Positions 25,894-35,341 of a stretch of DNA of 64,000 nt are shown here, piece by piece (positions within the stretch are counted from its first letter, which is position 1; every line of letters begins with the position of its first letter). Under the pieces are notes generated by a model. The model made no database searches. It was given only the letters and a program-made list of their open reading frames with translations, and was not told the DNA's origin. Origin of the DNA: a virus (taxonomy: Duplodnaviria > Heunggongvirae > Uroviricota > Caudoviricetes); IMG/VR virus record IMGVR_UViG_3300045963_000153, positions 1 to 64,000 of that record. One strand, 5' to 3'. The translations under genes were made by a program, and so were the position numbers.

Positions 25894-26100
25894 CTATAAT
25901 TTCACACCACTACAACATATGTAGGCAATAAACAACCAGACTGGTGACCACATGATGGCAATAACCAACAACCCCAAAAATAAATCTGCAAACGATAATA
26001 TGATAAACCCTAACACTAACCCCAGTAATAAACTCATTGATGTCTCTCTCAGGCAAAAAGTTTTATATATCTCAATACTATGTTGGGACAAGTACATCAT
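25894..26100 (-). CDS. small membrane protein
   Basis: Two hydrophobic helices. Confidence 0.3.
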   Translation of the reverse strand: MMYLSQHSIEIYKTFCLRETSMSLLLGLVLGFIILSFADLFLGLLVIAIMWSPVWLFIAYICCSGVKL

Positions 26101-26141
26101 GTACCCATCCCTCCATATCCCATCTCTACAAACTAAACGAA

Positions 26142-26366
26142 CTAGATTGTCTTCTCAACGTTTACAGCTTGAAGACCTTTAGCTCCAGTCATAACTTCAA
26201 ACGTTACTTCAGAATCTTCTGCAAGCGTTTTAAATCCTGCATCATTGATAGCAGAATAGTGTACGAATACATCACCCTTTACTTCTGAACTTGTAAGGAA
26301 CCCGAAGCCTTTAGTATCTGAAAAAAATTTAACTTTACCAGAAACTCTTTTATTTACATTACTCAT
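26142..26366 (-). CDS. csp: cold-shock domain protein (CspA family)
   Basis: [18 protein letters not shown]...DVFVHYSAI...[15 protein letters not shown] matches the RNP1/RNP2 cold-shock-domain consensus. Start taken at the internal MSNVNK. Confidence 0.8.
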   Translation of the reverse strand: MSNVNKRVSGKVKFFSDTKGFGFLTSSEVKGDVFVHYSAINDAGFKTLAEDSEVTFEVMTGAKGLQAVNVEKTI

Positions 26367-26449
26367 TACAATACATCCCCATTGTTCACAATTAAATTTA
26401 TTATACACTGTGAACCTATGTATAATAAAAACATATACTTGTTATATGT

Positions 26450-26944
26450 TTAAACTTTAATATGTTTCCAAGTTTTACCTAATGATATTTTACCTATAGT
26501 ACTATAATTAACATTAAATTTAATTCCCAATTCTTTATGAGTATAACCAATTAATAATAATTTTTTAATTTCAATGACTTGAGCTTCTGTTAATATGCTA
26601 CTGTGACTATCTTCCCCACATTTTTTTTTATACAAACCGAGTTTCCACCCATGTCTTATATTTTCTTTTGTTGTAACATACTCTAAATTTTCTAATCTAT
26701 TATCAGTTTTTACGCCATTCTTATGATTTACTTCTAATTTACTTTCACCAATAAAAGAAAGCATAACTAATCTATGAATAAACATACCTCGCCGTTTACC
26801 ATTGTTTCTTAAATCTACAACGTGATATCCCTTTTTTGATGAAGTTGGTTTTAGTATTTTATTATATCTAACTGATAACACTTCTCCATTTGAGCTAATT
26901 TTATAAAGACCATCGAATATTGGGATATCTTTCCAAACAACCAT
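26450..26944 (-). CDS. HNH homing endonuclease (NUMOD4-like N-terminus + HNH_3)
   Basis: WKDIPIFDGLYKISSNGEV (NUMOD4-like) and FIHRLVMLSFIG...EVNHKNGVKTDNRLENLEYVTTKEN (HNH). Confidence 0.7.
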   Translation of the reverse strand: MVVWKDIPIFDGLYKISSNGEVLSVRYNKILKPTSSKKGYHVVDLRNNGKRRGMFIHRLVMLSFIGESKLEVNHKNGVKTDNRLENLEYVTTKENIRHGWKLGLYKKKCGEDSHSSILTEAQVIEIKKLLLIGYTHKELGIKFNVNYSTIGKISLGKTWKHIKV

Positions 26945-26958
26945 ACTTTTAGTTTATA

Positions 26959-27174
26959 CTAATTCTGTTTCTTTATCAACATTTTTAATTGATGTGCGCA
27001 TCTTTCCGCTTCACATTCATTATCCACACAAAAGTGCAGTAAATTTCCTGATGACATATCATAAGTTTTACTTATGTGTATTGTTCCTGTGTCGTCTTCA
27101 ATGACATAAAACTTCTCCATTAGGTTTCTTTTATTCTTCATATATTTATTTACCACTCTAATTGTTACCTTCAA
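26959..27174 (-). CDS. hypothetical protein
   Basis: 71-aa ORF. Confidence 0.3.
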   Translation of the reverse strand: MKVTIRVVNKYMKNKRNLMEKFYVIEDDTGTIHISKTYDMSSGNLLHFCVDNECEAERCAHQLKMLIKKQN

Positions 27175-27275
27175 TCTTATTGATTATGGTTTTAATTTCC
27201 TGCCAATCCAGATATTCTTGTGAGTCATTAATAATTTTATACATATGGTTAACTGCCAATATTTTTCTAATAAAT

Positions 27276-27491
27276 TTAAACATTTTTATCTTTCTTCTTT
27301 GATATTTTTTCTAAGATCTGTTCACCATTCTGATCGTAATCTATTTCATTATCGGTATCGATACAGCTACTGTATGCATCTTGATATGGCATATCACCAA
27401 TGGGATGTGTTTCTTCCCATCCTTTAATGTAATCCAACACTGCTATATGTTTTGCTTCTTTATTTAATTCTGAGAATTTATAAGTTTTCAT
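27276..27491 (-). CDS. hypothetical acidic protein
   Basis: 71-aa ORF. Confidence 0.3.
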   Translation of the reverse strand: MKTYKFSELNKEAKHIAVLDYIKGWEETHPIGDMPYQDAYSSCIDTDNEIDYDQNGEQILEKISKKKDKNV

Positions 27492-27736
27492 TTTAAAAAG
27501 TTATCTATTACATTCATTCTAGTTTCATACAAAGCATTATGAATTGGTTGATTGTAATCACTACTCAATTCATCAACATACAAACCATTAATTGAAATTT
27601 GAATGCCATTGTTTGTCATTTGAAGTTGTACTCTGTCGTTAATTTGATAACAATTTTCAGTTCCTTTAATTGTATTTTCTTTAATTAAGTTTACTATTTT
27701 TTCTGCTAGTTCTTTTCTTTTATTTTTTCTATACAT
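27488..27736 (-). CDS. hypothetical protein
   Basis: 82-aa ORF. Confidence 0.3.
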   Translation of the reverse strand: MYRKNKRKELAEKIVNLIKENTIKGTENCYQINDRVQLQMTNNGIQISINGLYVDELSSDYNQPIHNALYETRMNVIDNFLK

Positions 27737-27738
27737 AA

Positions 27739-28092
27739 CTATGCTCCATATAATTCTTCTGTCGATACAACATCTCCATTTGGAATGTCTGTCATTCTAA
27801 CTAAATATACTTCATACTCTGATGGATCTCCAATGTATTCAATATCATTTGGATCTTCACCAATCCTAAGCATGGTAGTATCATTATCAAACTCACTTAA
27901 TAGTTTTTCCATTGCATTTATACTTGGATATGATTCATACCACTTAATGTAATCCCATTTGAATACATAAATGTTATACTTAGGTACAAAATAAGTTTCA
28001 TCACAGTCTTCGATGATGTCTTTAATCTTATCTTTGTTTGCATCAAAACAATCTTTTTTAATTGTAACTACACATTGACTTCGATATCCCAT
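27739..28092 (-). CDS. hypothetical protein
   Basis: 117-aa ORF. Confidence 0.3.
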   Translation of the reverse strand: MGYRSQCVVTIKKDCFDANKDKIKDIIEDCDETYFVPKYNIYVFKWDYIKWYESYPSINAMEKLLSEFDNDTTMLRIGEDPNDIEYIGDPSEYEVYLVRMTDIPNGDVVSTEELYGA

Positions 28093-28093
28093 A

Positions 28094-28351
28094 TTACTTC
28101 CTTATTTTAATTCGATTAAATATTATTTTACCGCAAGCACAATTTGGATTGGTATGCTTTGTACATTTTTCCCATTCACTAAACGTGGTCATACAATAAA
28201 ATTTTTTGCGTAACGTTTCATTCATGCCGATTACATCATCACGATTTGGTTCATTGATTAACGCATTTTTTGATTTTCGGTCTTCGACTGAATCAGCCAT
28301 TTTAAAACGACCCCCCATCGAGTTTGTTGTCCATGTATTCTTGAAGTACAC
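28094..28351 (-). CDS. hypothetical protein (C-terminal CxxxxxxxCxC)
   Basis: 85-aa ORF. The same TCGATGGGGGGTC motif lies upstream. Confidence 0.3.
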   Translation of the reverse strand: MYFKNTWTTNSMGGRFKMADSVEDRKSKNALINEPNRDDVIGMNETLRKKFYCMTTFSEWEKCTKHTNPNCACGKIIFNRIKIRK

Positions 28352-28471
28352 TTATAACAGCAATACCTAATAGTGTAGATAATTCTTTAATCAAAGTACG
28401 TTCAGAATATGTTTGTTCATATCTTTCTACTTGAGCAATTAGTTGTTTAGCTCTTTCAATTTGTGCGTTTG

Positions 28472-28654
28472 TCATCGCTTACTCCTTTCGGGTAGAGTAG
28501 CCCGCATTGAATCGCATACTCTTATTGCATCTTCATTAATACAGAGTACAACATACTCAGGCTTATCCTCAATGTCGTATCCTTTAAGTACTGTGATTGT
28601 ATCTGGTGTTGATGCACATCCAGTTAGTGTTAATAATATTAAAAATGTTTTCAT
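28472..28654 (-). CDS. small lipoprotein (LTGCAS)
   Basis: MKTFLILLTLTGCASTPD. Confidence 0.4.
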   Translation of the reverse strand: MKTFLILLTLTGCASTPDTITVLKGYDIEDKPEYVVLCINEDAIRVCDSMRATLPERSKR

Positions 28655-28906
28655 GATGTCGCTCTCTCTTTGTTATATCTATATTCTGCGCTGTGATGAA
28701 ACCCATGCAAAGCTTCATTATAAATTTCAAATCCTGTGATGGCTAAAGTAAATCCATACTCACCTTCATACACCCAGTTACCCCAGTACCATGTCTTATA
28801 TCTTATCTTAATCATTTGATTCCTTAAAGGGAATCCCTACCTACCCAGACCATCTAAGTAGATAGGGATAATGTTAGCCAAGCGAGGGTCTTACCTAACA
28901 AAGTTA

Positions 28907-29677
28907 TTAAGCTGCTGCTAGTTCATATGCCATGTCGAACAATTGCATATTGATTGACTTATCTTTATCAATCGAAGTAATCGCTCGTGATTGTCTACGT
29001 CTATTGTTAGTTGATGTAGTACTTGATCCACGAATCAAAGCTTCTTGTACACGATTGTATACTGTGAATAGATCTGTAGGTTTGTCTGCTTCACGATTGA
29101 TAGGTACTGATACATCAAGCATACCTTTGTTTGGATATCGAACCTTCACAGCATTGTGAAAGAATAAAAAGATTTCTGCATTAGTCATTGTCTTCATCTT
29201 CATGCGGTCGATAGCATTGTCTAGGTGTTCAAGCTGTGCAATCATACGTTCAACTGCTGGCTCAATCTGTTCGATGATGTTACCTGAATGGCGCAATCGG
29301 ATTGTCTCAAAGGTATTACCTACCACTAACCCATTGCTGCAGACCAAGCGATAGATGCCAAGCTGCAATTGAAAACTGGATGAACCGTCGTGACTGTTCG
29401 TGAGTAGAAGCTGTAGCTTTACATCACTATGTTTACTACTCAACATACTAGGATGTGAAAGGCGTGTGAAATGTTTCTGGTATCCACGACGAGAATGATC
29501 TTTCACTCGTACTGATTTGTAATCATCGACTACGAATCCCAATGATGTAAACTTATTGATTACATCTTTAGTGGGAACTAACTTGTAAGCTTCACTTACT
29601 CGTGAGTGTTTGGTGTCGAGTGTATCGATCTCAATATTGTTTGCGTGGTTTACGTTATATACTAATGGACTAATCAT
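28907..29677 (-). CDS. DUF932/DUF945 (phage/plasmid-like, TIGR03299-type) protein
   Basis: YQKHFTRL....LQLLLTNSHDGSSSFQLQLGIYRLVCSNGLV motif block. Start set at the internal MISPLVY to avoid a 220-nt overlap. Confidence 0.5.
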   Translation of the reverse strand: MISPLVYNVNHANNIEIDTLDTKHSRVSEAYKLVPTKDVINKFTSLGFVVDDYKSVRVKDHSRRGYQKHFTRLSHPSMLSSKHSDVKLQLLLTNSHDGSSSFQLQLGIYRLVCSNGLVVGNTFETIRLRHSGNIIEQIEPAVERMIAQLEHLDNAIDRMKMKTMTNAEIFLFFHNAVKVRYPNKGMLDVSVPINREADKPTDLFTVYNRVQEALIRGSSTTSTNNRRRQSRAITSIDKDKSINMQLFDMAYELAAA

Positions 29678-29990
29678 GGTCTGTGTCTGCTTTCTGTTTG
29701 TTACGCTCAATGATATACTGAGCCTGTTGTTTATTGTATGATGGGTAACTTCTAATAGCCGATCTATCAGAGTACTTCTCATTGAATAAAAATTGATTCC
29801 CTTGTGCTTTCCATGCTGATACGAATACTTCTGCATCGCAATCTTCTTCAAGGTAAACGGTCTTACCTTTGATGTATGAGCAACCACTAATCTTATCGAT
29901 TAGTTTTAAGTCTGCTAATAATTTGAGAGGCACTGCAACCCATCCATGACCTGCATCGCTGTGGAAATTAAATACTTTCATTTGCTTCAC
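29670..29990 (-). CDS. hypothetical protein
   Basis: 106-aa ORF. GC-richer codon usage. Confidence 0.35.
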   Translation of the reverse strand: MKQMKVFNFHSDAGHGWVAVPLKLLADLKLIDKISGCSYIKGKTVYLEEDCDAEVFVSAWKAQGNQFLFNEKYSDRSAIRSYPSYNKQQAQYIIERNKQKADTDHD

Positions 29991-30237
29991 GTTCTTTCTT
30001 TGTTTCTTCTTTGAGTTGATATCGTTTTACTGACGTTGTCGTAAAACTCACGTTCTTCTCTTTGAAGTTATCAATGATCTTGTATCCTAAGCCTTGCTTG
30101 AATCGTAGCTTGCGTAGCTGTTCAATCACTTCTTCTTGTTCTTGATATGCTACCTTAAGCATTGCAATCTTTGTGTTGATCTCAATGTTACGGGCTAATA
30201 ATTGTTTTACTTTACCTAAGTTTCTTACTCTGCTCAT
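29968..30237 (-). CDS. hypothetical coiled-coil protein
   Basis: 89-aa ORF. Confidence 0.3.
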   Translation of the reverse strand: MSRVRNLGKVKQLLARNIEINTKIAMLKVAYQEQEEVIEQLRKLRFKQGLGYKIIDNFKEKNVSFTTTSVKRYQLKEETKKEREANESI

Positions 30238-30605
30238 GTGTTTAGTTCTTTCTTTAATTGTGTTGCTGTTAATGACTTCCCTGTACTTGTGTTGATAACA
30301 CCTACTGTGCCATCAAGTTTTAAAATGTATTGAAACTCTGCGCCGTAGTCTGACTTGTCTTCACTGCAAGCGACTACTCCCCAGCCTGTAAACTCGCTGT
30401 CATCAAGATCATACTTCTTTGCATCTCGTGCCGATGATCTGAGAAGCTGTGCAAATTTATATTGAACATCATCACCACGTTCTTTTTTAAATTCTATATT
30501 GAAGTCTCTAAGCCAAGGATACACTGCTTTGGGATACCCATCCCAATGCTTGTACACCATGTAATCATTGTTACCTTCAATCTTAATCGTGCATCTCGTA
30601 CTCAT
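30234..30605 (-). CDS. hypothetical protein
   Basis: 123-aa ORF. Confidence 0.35.
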   Translation of the reverse strand: MSTRCTIKIEGNNDYMVYKHWDGYPKAVYPWLRDFNIEFKKERGDDVQYKFAQLLRSSARDAKKYDLDDSEFTGWGVVACSEDKSDYGAEFQYILKLDGTVGVINTSTGKSLTATQLKKELNT

Positions 30606-30607
30606 AT

Positions 30608-31249
30608 TTACTTACTCCATTCTGTGTTATCGAATCGTTTGTTCCCATGATAAACCAATGCTACACGTTTGTTTTTAGTGATAGCAAATAGATCATTATC
30701 ATTAGCTTTGATGTACGTTTCAGGGATATCATTGTCATTCTCATACACCTTAACGTGCCTATCATTATCAGTGTCAATCAAGTGATCTTGCTTGCCACCG
30801 AATGAATAGATTACTTCAAAGTTTTTAGGATGCTTGATAGACTTGAGTACACTAATCATCTTAGTGTATGCGTAGAACTTTACATGAGGATTATCATTGA
30901 TGATGTCTAACCACTTGTTTAGATATGCTGTGCTGTAGAAGTCTCCGCTATCGTGGATACGAACATACAATTGTTTATCAATATGCTTTGCTCTCAGGTA
31001 TTGAATTTCCGCATTCATCTGGTAAACAAAGTTAGCACTCATGGTAGCTGAAAGGCGCATCTCATATGCATTCTTTACTTTAGGAAAAGTATAGGTGTAC
31101 ATCTGAGCGTAACATCCTGACTTGCATACTCCAGCCATTGGGCAAGTGACCTTACCTGTCACTGACTTGTATGCTGGTATACCGAAGTTATACACTGCAA
31201 TCTTTGCGCTGTTTGATTTCTGAATCTTAGTATTCTGTTTCAACATCAT
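30608..31249 (-). CDS. GP88-like phage protein (motif VRIHDSGDFYS)
   Basis: hDSGDF plus downstream W..I...NPHVKFYAYTK. Start trimmed to MMLKQ. The family assignment is tentative. Confidence 0.35.
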   Translation of the reverse strand: MMLKQNTKIQKSNSAKIAVYNFGIPAYKSVTGKVTCPMAGVCKSGCYAQMYTYTFPKVKNAYEMRLSATMSANFVYQMNAEIQYLRAKHIDKQLYVRIHDSGDFYSTAYLNKWLDIINDNPHVKFYAYTKMISVLKSIKHPKNFEVIYSFGGKQDHLIDTDNDRHVKVYENDNDIPETYIKANDNDLFAITKNKRVALVYHGNKRFDNTEWSK

Positions 31250-31556
31250 CCGATTCGTTCTCCTCTTCTCTGTCGTAATAATCATTGTCTCTGTTCTCAC
31301 TCTCATACTCTGCTCGTGCAATTGAATGTGCCATGCCATTCATTTGACCTTCCATATCTTTGTACGCTTTGCATTCTTCATTGTCACAACCACTATCAAA
31401 GTCATCGATGAAAGGATTCTTCACACTCACTTCGACAAGTAAATGATTACATAACTTACATGGTTGATCTAATAATTTTCTATGCGTTGCCATTGTCTTG
31501 CTCCTCAATAATGCATTCAACTTCTGCCTGTGTTTCCATCCAAATTCTTGCACCAC
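31227..31556 (-). CDS. hypothetical protein with Cys pairs and a strongly acidic C-terminus
   Basis: CKLC...C..EEC, then ENRDNDYYDREEENESDDVETEY. Confidence 0.3.
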   Translation of the reverse strand: MVQEFGWKHRQKLNALLRSKTMATHRKLLDQPCKLCNHLLVEVSVKNPFIDDFDSGCDNEECKAYKDMEGQMNGMAHSIARAEYESENRDNDYYDREEENESDDVETEY

Positions 31557-31731
31557 ACGACAAGGGATTGTGCGGTCTGTGAATCACTCTTGATTCACCC
31601 TTAATAATAACCTCATGGCAATTGACTAATGACTTGTATGTCTTCACTGTCAATGCTGGTAGGTTAGTACCATTCTTTGTGTTAGCTTTGATGATGTGCT
31701 GGTTAACATGAATGATGGTCTTCATGGGCAC
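31480..31731 (-). CDS. hypothetical protein
   Basis: 83-aa ORF. Confidence 0.3.
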   Translation of the reverse strand: MPMKTIIHVNQHIIKANTKNGTNLPALTVKTYKSLVNCHEVIIKGESRVIHRPHNPLSCGARIWMETQAEVECIIEEQDNGNA

Positions 31732-31958
31732 ACTCTACGTTTCAATTCTGATTCAATTTGTTTGATGCAAACCATTAGAGATTCATGTGCTTTCTTATGG
31801 TTTAACTTTAATTGTATTACCCATGCGTGACGCAATGCTTTAATCTCACTGCGTAGCGTTGCGGTATCCACTGTCTCGACTGGAACTTGTATGCTATACA
31901 CTTGATTGGGAAATTCTTTTTTCATTGTACTCCTAATATGTGATGTCAATTTCTTCAA
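31722..31958 (-). CDS. hypothetical protein
   Basis: 78-aa ORF. Confidence 0.3.
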   Translation of the reverse strand: MKKLTSHIRSTMKKEFPNQVYSIQVPVETVDTATLRSEIKALRHAWVIQLKLNHKKAHESLMVCIKQIESELKRRVCP

Positions 31959-32271
31959 ACTTACTGGTCAAACTTGTTTTGATAAATTCTATTTGAGCGT
32001 CTGTAAACATACCCTCATATTCAAAGTCACTAACCAATTCTTTAACTATTCTGGTTGACTTATCATTCAGGTTACTTTGCGCCTCATTCAATCCTGATTC
32101 CCTACCTTCATCATAACCTTCTGATTCTTTGTTGCTCACTTCATCACGAAGCAAGTCAATCAATTGAACTTGTTGAGTATGATTTAAAACTTCCTTATAC
32201 ATAAGTATTCTATTCCTTATGTACTCAAGTTCACTCACTACAATGTCAGTCTGAACTTCATTTAAAGTCAT
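31933..32271 (-). CDS. hypothetical acidic protein (first sizeable gene of the leftward operon)
   Basis: 112-aa ORF. Confidence 0.3.
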   Translation of the reverse strand: MTLNEVQTDIVVSELEYIRNRILMYKEVLNHTQQVQLIDLLRDEVSNKESEGYDEGRESGLNEAQSNLNDKSTRIVKELVSDFEYEGMFTDAQIEFIKTSLTSKFEEIDITY

Positions 32272-32587
32272 ATTATTTCCTTATTGATTTGATCAACTCA
32301 AACAGTATAAAGCCTAAGCCTACACTTGCAATCAATGCGCTTGTGTCAATCAATATTGTTAATACTCTCAAATCTGCCTTACTCATGTGCTCCCCTTAAA
32401 ATAAACAACAAATAAAAAACACTGCAATTGCTGGAAATAATCCGAATTGAGCGAATGTCAATGCTGTCAAAATGATACCGATCATAAAAGTCTCCTATTC
32501 TTATTTGAACAATTAAGACAACGAATCAAGTTGACTCGCTGCCTTATTGAACTAATAAAATTTAATAAGTCTAAACTATAGTTGCCA

Positions 32588-32616
32588 ATTATAGTCTGAC
32601 TAATTTAAAGCGTCAA
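32588..32616 (-). promoter_or_regulatory. sigma70-like promoter for leftward (minus-strand) transcription
   Basis: Minus strand reads TTGACG - 17 nt - TATAAT. Confidence 0.45.
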
Positions 32617-32837
32617 AGCGGTATCCTGATAGTGGCGTTCATTGACGCTACTTGTCTATCAAGCTTGCACGTGTTTAAATGTTAACGTTCCTTAACTCAC
32701 CAATTTACTTATGGGTATCTATAAGGCATAACATTACTTTAAATCTAATTAGTTTACCGATTAAACTATAACTCTGGTCAAGTAAAGCCTGACCGCATCG
32801 CTTAAATTTATTTTACTTCATTTTTATTTTGAAGTCA

Positions 32838-32965
32838 ATCTTTTTTTTTATTTATTTTAAATATTTTTTTTATTTAAAACTTATATCAGTGTTTTGAATC
32901 ACTGCCTTGACTCATTATGCTATAGTTTTAAAATTAAGTCAATACTTTTTTTTATTTATTATTCT
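32838..32965. repeat. direct repeat AAGTCAAT(C/A)TTTTTTTTTATTTATT x2 inside an extreme AT/T-tract region
   Basis: Two copies about 97 nt apart in the divergent control region. Confidence 0.5.
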
Positions 32966-33153
32966 TTTTTTTTATTTTCTATTCTTAAGATATCCTAACA
33001 ATTTAATAGCGATTTTAGAGCATATATAGGAACGTGCGTGCGTTGCATAATTTGAGTTTAAAGTCAAGGGTAAAATTGAGTTTTTTATAATTATTTTTTG
33101 TCAAGTTAAATCTCCATTATTCCTACTTATACCTTGTCATTATTTTAAATAAT

Positions 33154-33183
33154 TTGACAGGCTGCCTATCATGATAGTATACT
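33154..33183 (+). promoter_or_regulatory. sigma70-like rightward promoter (TTGACA - 18 nt - TATACT)
   Basis: Consensus -35 with a near-consensus -10. The downstream TATACTATAAGGTTA block is shared with the next promoter. Confidence 0.5.
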
Positions 33184-33313
33184 ATAAGGTTAACCTGCTC
33201 CCATGCTACTAATAAAAAAAGAATCACATTACAGTATATCATATTAATTTTTTAAAGTCAAGCAAAATAATTTCCCAGATTTTAATTGTTAATAATAATT
33301 ATTTATTTTCCTG

Positions 33314-33342
33314 TTGACTATATTTAATAGCTGTGGTATACT
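33314..33342 (+). promoter_or_regulatory. sigma70-like rightward promoter (TTGACT - 17 nt - TATACT)
   Basis: Shares the extended GTATACTATAGGGTTA with the promoter at 33154. Confidence 0.5.
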
Positions 33343-33400
33343 ATAGGGTTATGCTAGAGCTGGTATGTTTATTAGAGCTGGTGGTATGCTAGGGTAGGGG
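33343..33400. repeat. short direct repeats (TATGCTAG x2, AGAGCTGGT x2, GGTAGGG x2), iteron-like
   Basis: tatgctAGAGCTGGTatgtttattAGAGCTGGTggtatgctagGGTAGGGGTAGGGtac. Confidence 0.4.
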
Positions 33401-33602
33401 TAGGGTACTTTAGAGAGGCAAGAACGCCTTCTACCATTCATCTGTGCTATTCCAGTTAACTAAATAGAAACGTTTTCTTTACATGGCTTTACAATGTTGT
33501 ATATTACAATGCAAATTTGTATAGTGATAAACAATAGAAACTAATTCTTATTTAACAACTAGAAATAATTAGAGTTGATTTGTAGCATGTAATATAATTA
33601 AG

Positions 33603-34172
33603 ATGGGATGCAATATGGAAGAGATGAAGTGGGATATGCTGAAGTTAAACAGTTGGTTACATTTGAATAGAAGTGGAGTGTTGCTGCTAGTTAATGAAGA
33701 GAAGAAGAAGTTTTGGATTACTGCAGCTAATAATATGGTAACTAGTATGTATGTCTTTATGAGTAAGATTGACACTAAAGTTAACAAAGATTTTCTTACA
33801 GATGTAAACAATATAGAAATTAAGATATTAGATAGGGATATTAGTGGACTATCTAAGTCAGAGAAACTATTGATCACTACCAACATAGCTAAAGAAATGT
33901 TAGCTAGTGGATATACAGAATATAAGAAGATATATACAGTCAACTATAAAGTTAAAAAGAGAATAGCATTTTATAAGAATAAAGCATACTGGAGGGTACA
34001 TGTCATTAATGGACAGAAGACTAAAACTCTAGTGGGAGTATTTTATGAGGAAGATGAATGTGATGCATTCCTAGCTAAACACTATCCTAATAGTCAAGTA
34101 ATTAGTTTAGTGTACTCGGATAATCAGGTAACTAAGAAGTGGATAGCTGAAGGTATATTTGGACATAGTTAG
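33603..34172 (+). CDS. putative DNA-binding protein (AP2-like C-terminal domain)
   Basis: AYWRVHVINGQKTKTLVGVFYEEDECDAFLAKHY resembles the AP2 fold (W...I..NGK...LG.F.TEEEA) seen in phage HNH-AP2 endonucleases. No nuclease motif is seen. Confidence 0.3.
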   Translation: MGCNMEEMKWDMLKLNSWLHLNRSGVLLLVNEEKKKFWITAANNMVTSMYVFMSKIDTKVNKDFLTDVNNIEIKILDRDISGLSKSEKLLITTNIAKEMLASGYTEYKKIYTVNYKVKKRIAFYKNKAYWRVHVINGQKTKTLVGVFYEEDECDAFLAKHYPNSQVISLVYSDNQVTKKWIAEGIFGHS

Positions 34173-34507
34173 TCGGATATAGAATATCGGAATTTTAACA
34201 ACTAGTATTGAGCAGACTTTTGCATTGATAAACCACTTGTGCATTATCCTTCTGTGAATAGTTTAAAAGCTATTCGGTTACTAGCTTCCGAGATAACTAG
34301 GCCATCTTAATAGTTTTAAATTATCAACGCAAGCAGCGTAGAAGTGGTAAAACTTATTCTAAAATCGGATAGGATATCACTACTCGTTGCACTCGCCCTT
34401 ACGTTTTCGCTTGTCGCTGCACTACAGGGGGTATGTTATTCGGATTGGATATGTTGTTGGTATATAGCGAGTGTTATTAATATATTATTAAGAACGGACG
34501 GATAGTT
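34173..34507 (+). repeat. ORF-free GC-richer region with a CGGATAnGATAT-type direct repeat (3 copies)
   Basis: tcggatatagaatatcgg at 34176, aatcggataggatatcac at 34365, ttcggattggatatgttg at 34440. Begins with a late-promoter motif at 34194. Confidence 0.35.
34194..34206 (+). promoter_or_regulatory. conserved phage motif TTTTAACAACTAG (copy 1)
   Basis: ggaaTTTTAACAACTAGtattg. Confidence 0.4.
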
Positions 34508-34897
34508 ATGGTTATTAATACAAATAAAAGAATTACTAAAAGAAACTACAGGGCTGAGAAAAAAAAGAATGGTTTAATTACTCTTAATGATACAGCAAAA
34601 CAATTTGTAAAAGAAATACAAATTAAGTTGGGTATTGAAGATATTAAGGTAAGTAGAAAGTACAACAGTTTATTTTTAATTAGTGAAGGTAGTAAATTTG
34701 TTATCATTATGAATTGTAAACATAATAACTTTGTTTGTTTTAAAGATTATTACCCAGAATATAGAATTATAAATTTTAAATTAAGAGAGCATACAAAAGA
34801 TAACCTGTTTCAAATGTTAGATGGGTTTAAAATGATTAAAGCCCCGAAGGTTATTTTAAAAAGAAACTATGAAGAAAAAGAAGAAGCAAGTAGTTAA
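34508..34897 (+). CDS. hypothetical basic protein
   Basis: 129-aa ORF. Confidence 0.35.
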   Translation: MVINTNKRITKRNYRAEKKKNGLITLNDTAKQFVKEIQIKLGIEDIKVSRKYNSLFLISEGSKFVIIMNCKHNNFVCFKDYYPEYRIINFKLREHTKDNLFQMLDGFKMIKAPKVILKRNYEEKEEASS

Positions 34898-35041
34898 AGC
34901 TCCAGTAAAAAAGGTTAATCCCTTTTCATTGGCATTTAAAGAGAGATCCTTACAAAGACGTAAGGATGTTGTAATTAGTTATACAGGTAACAATTTACTT
35001 AAGGATGAGATAGAACGTTTAACTATGGAAGGTAAGAAGTT

Positions 35042-35341
35042 ATGGTAAATAATGACGAGCATATAGAAATTGAGAAGCACAGTACTCTCACAGAATATTC
35101 TTTTGTGAAGTGTAAAGTGTGCAAGCAGGAAAAAGTAAGATGGTTGGCTGGATACTATCCAAATGGTAGAGATAAGAAGTGGGTGGATACACAAGACCGT
35201 ATGTTTAATGGTAAACAATGCCCCGACTGTCATGCGTTAAAAGTTAATGTAGAGCAAAAGAAAAAACGTAACAATGTCCTAGAGCAACGTAAAAGAGATA
35301 GGATGAAAAGTTATTTAGCAAAGCAAGACAAAGGAGAATAA
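35042..35341 (+). CDS. zinc-ribbon protein
   Basis: CKVCKQEK ... CPDCH. Confidence 0.35.
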   Translation: MVNNDEHIEIEKHSTLTEYSFVKCKVCKQEKVRWLAGYYPNGRDKKWVDTQDRMFNGKQCPDCHALKVNVEQKKKRNNVLEQRKRDRMKSYLAKQDKGE

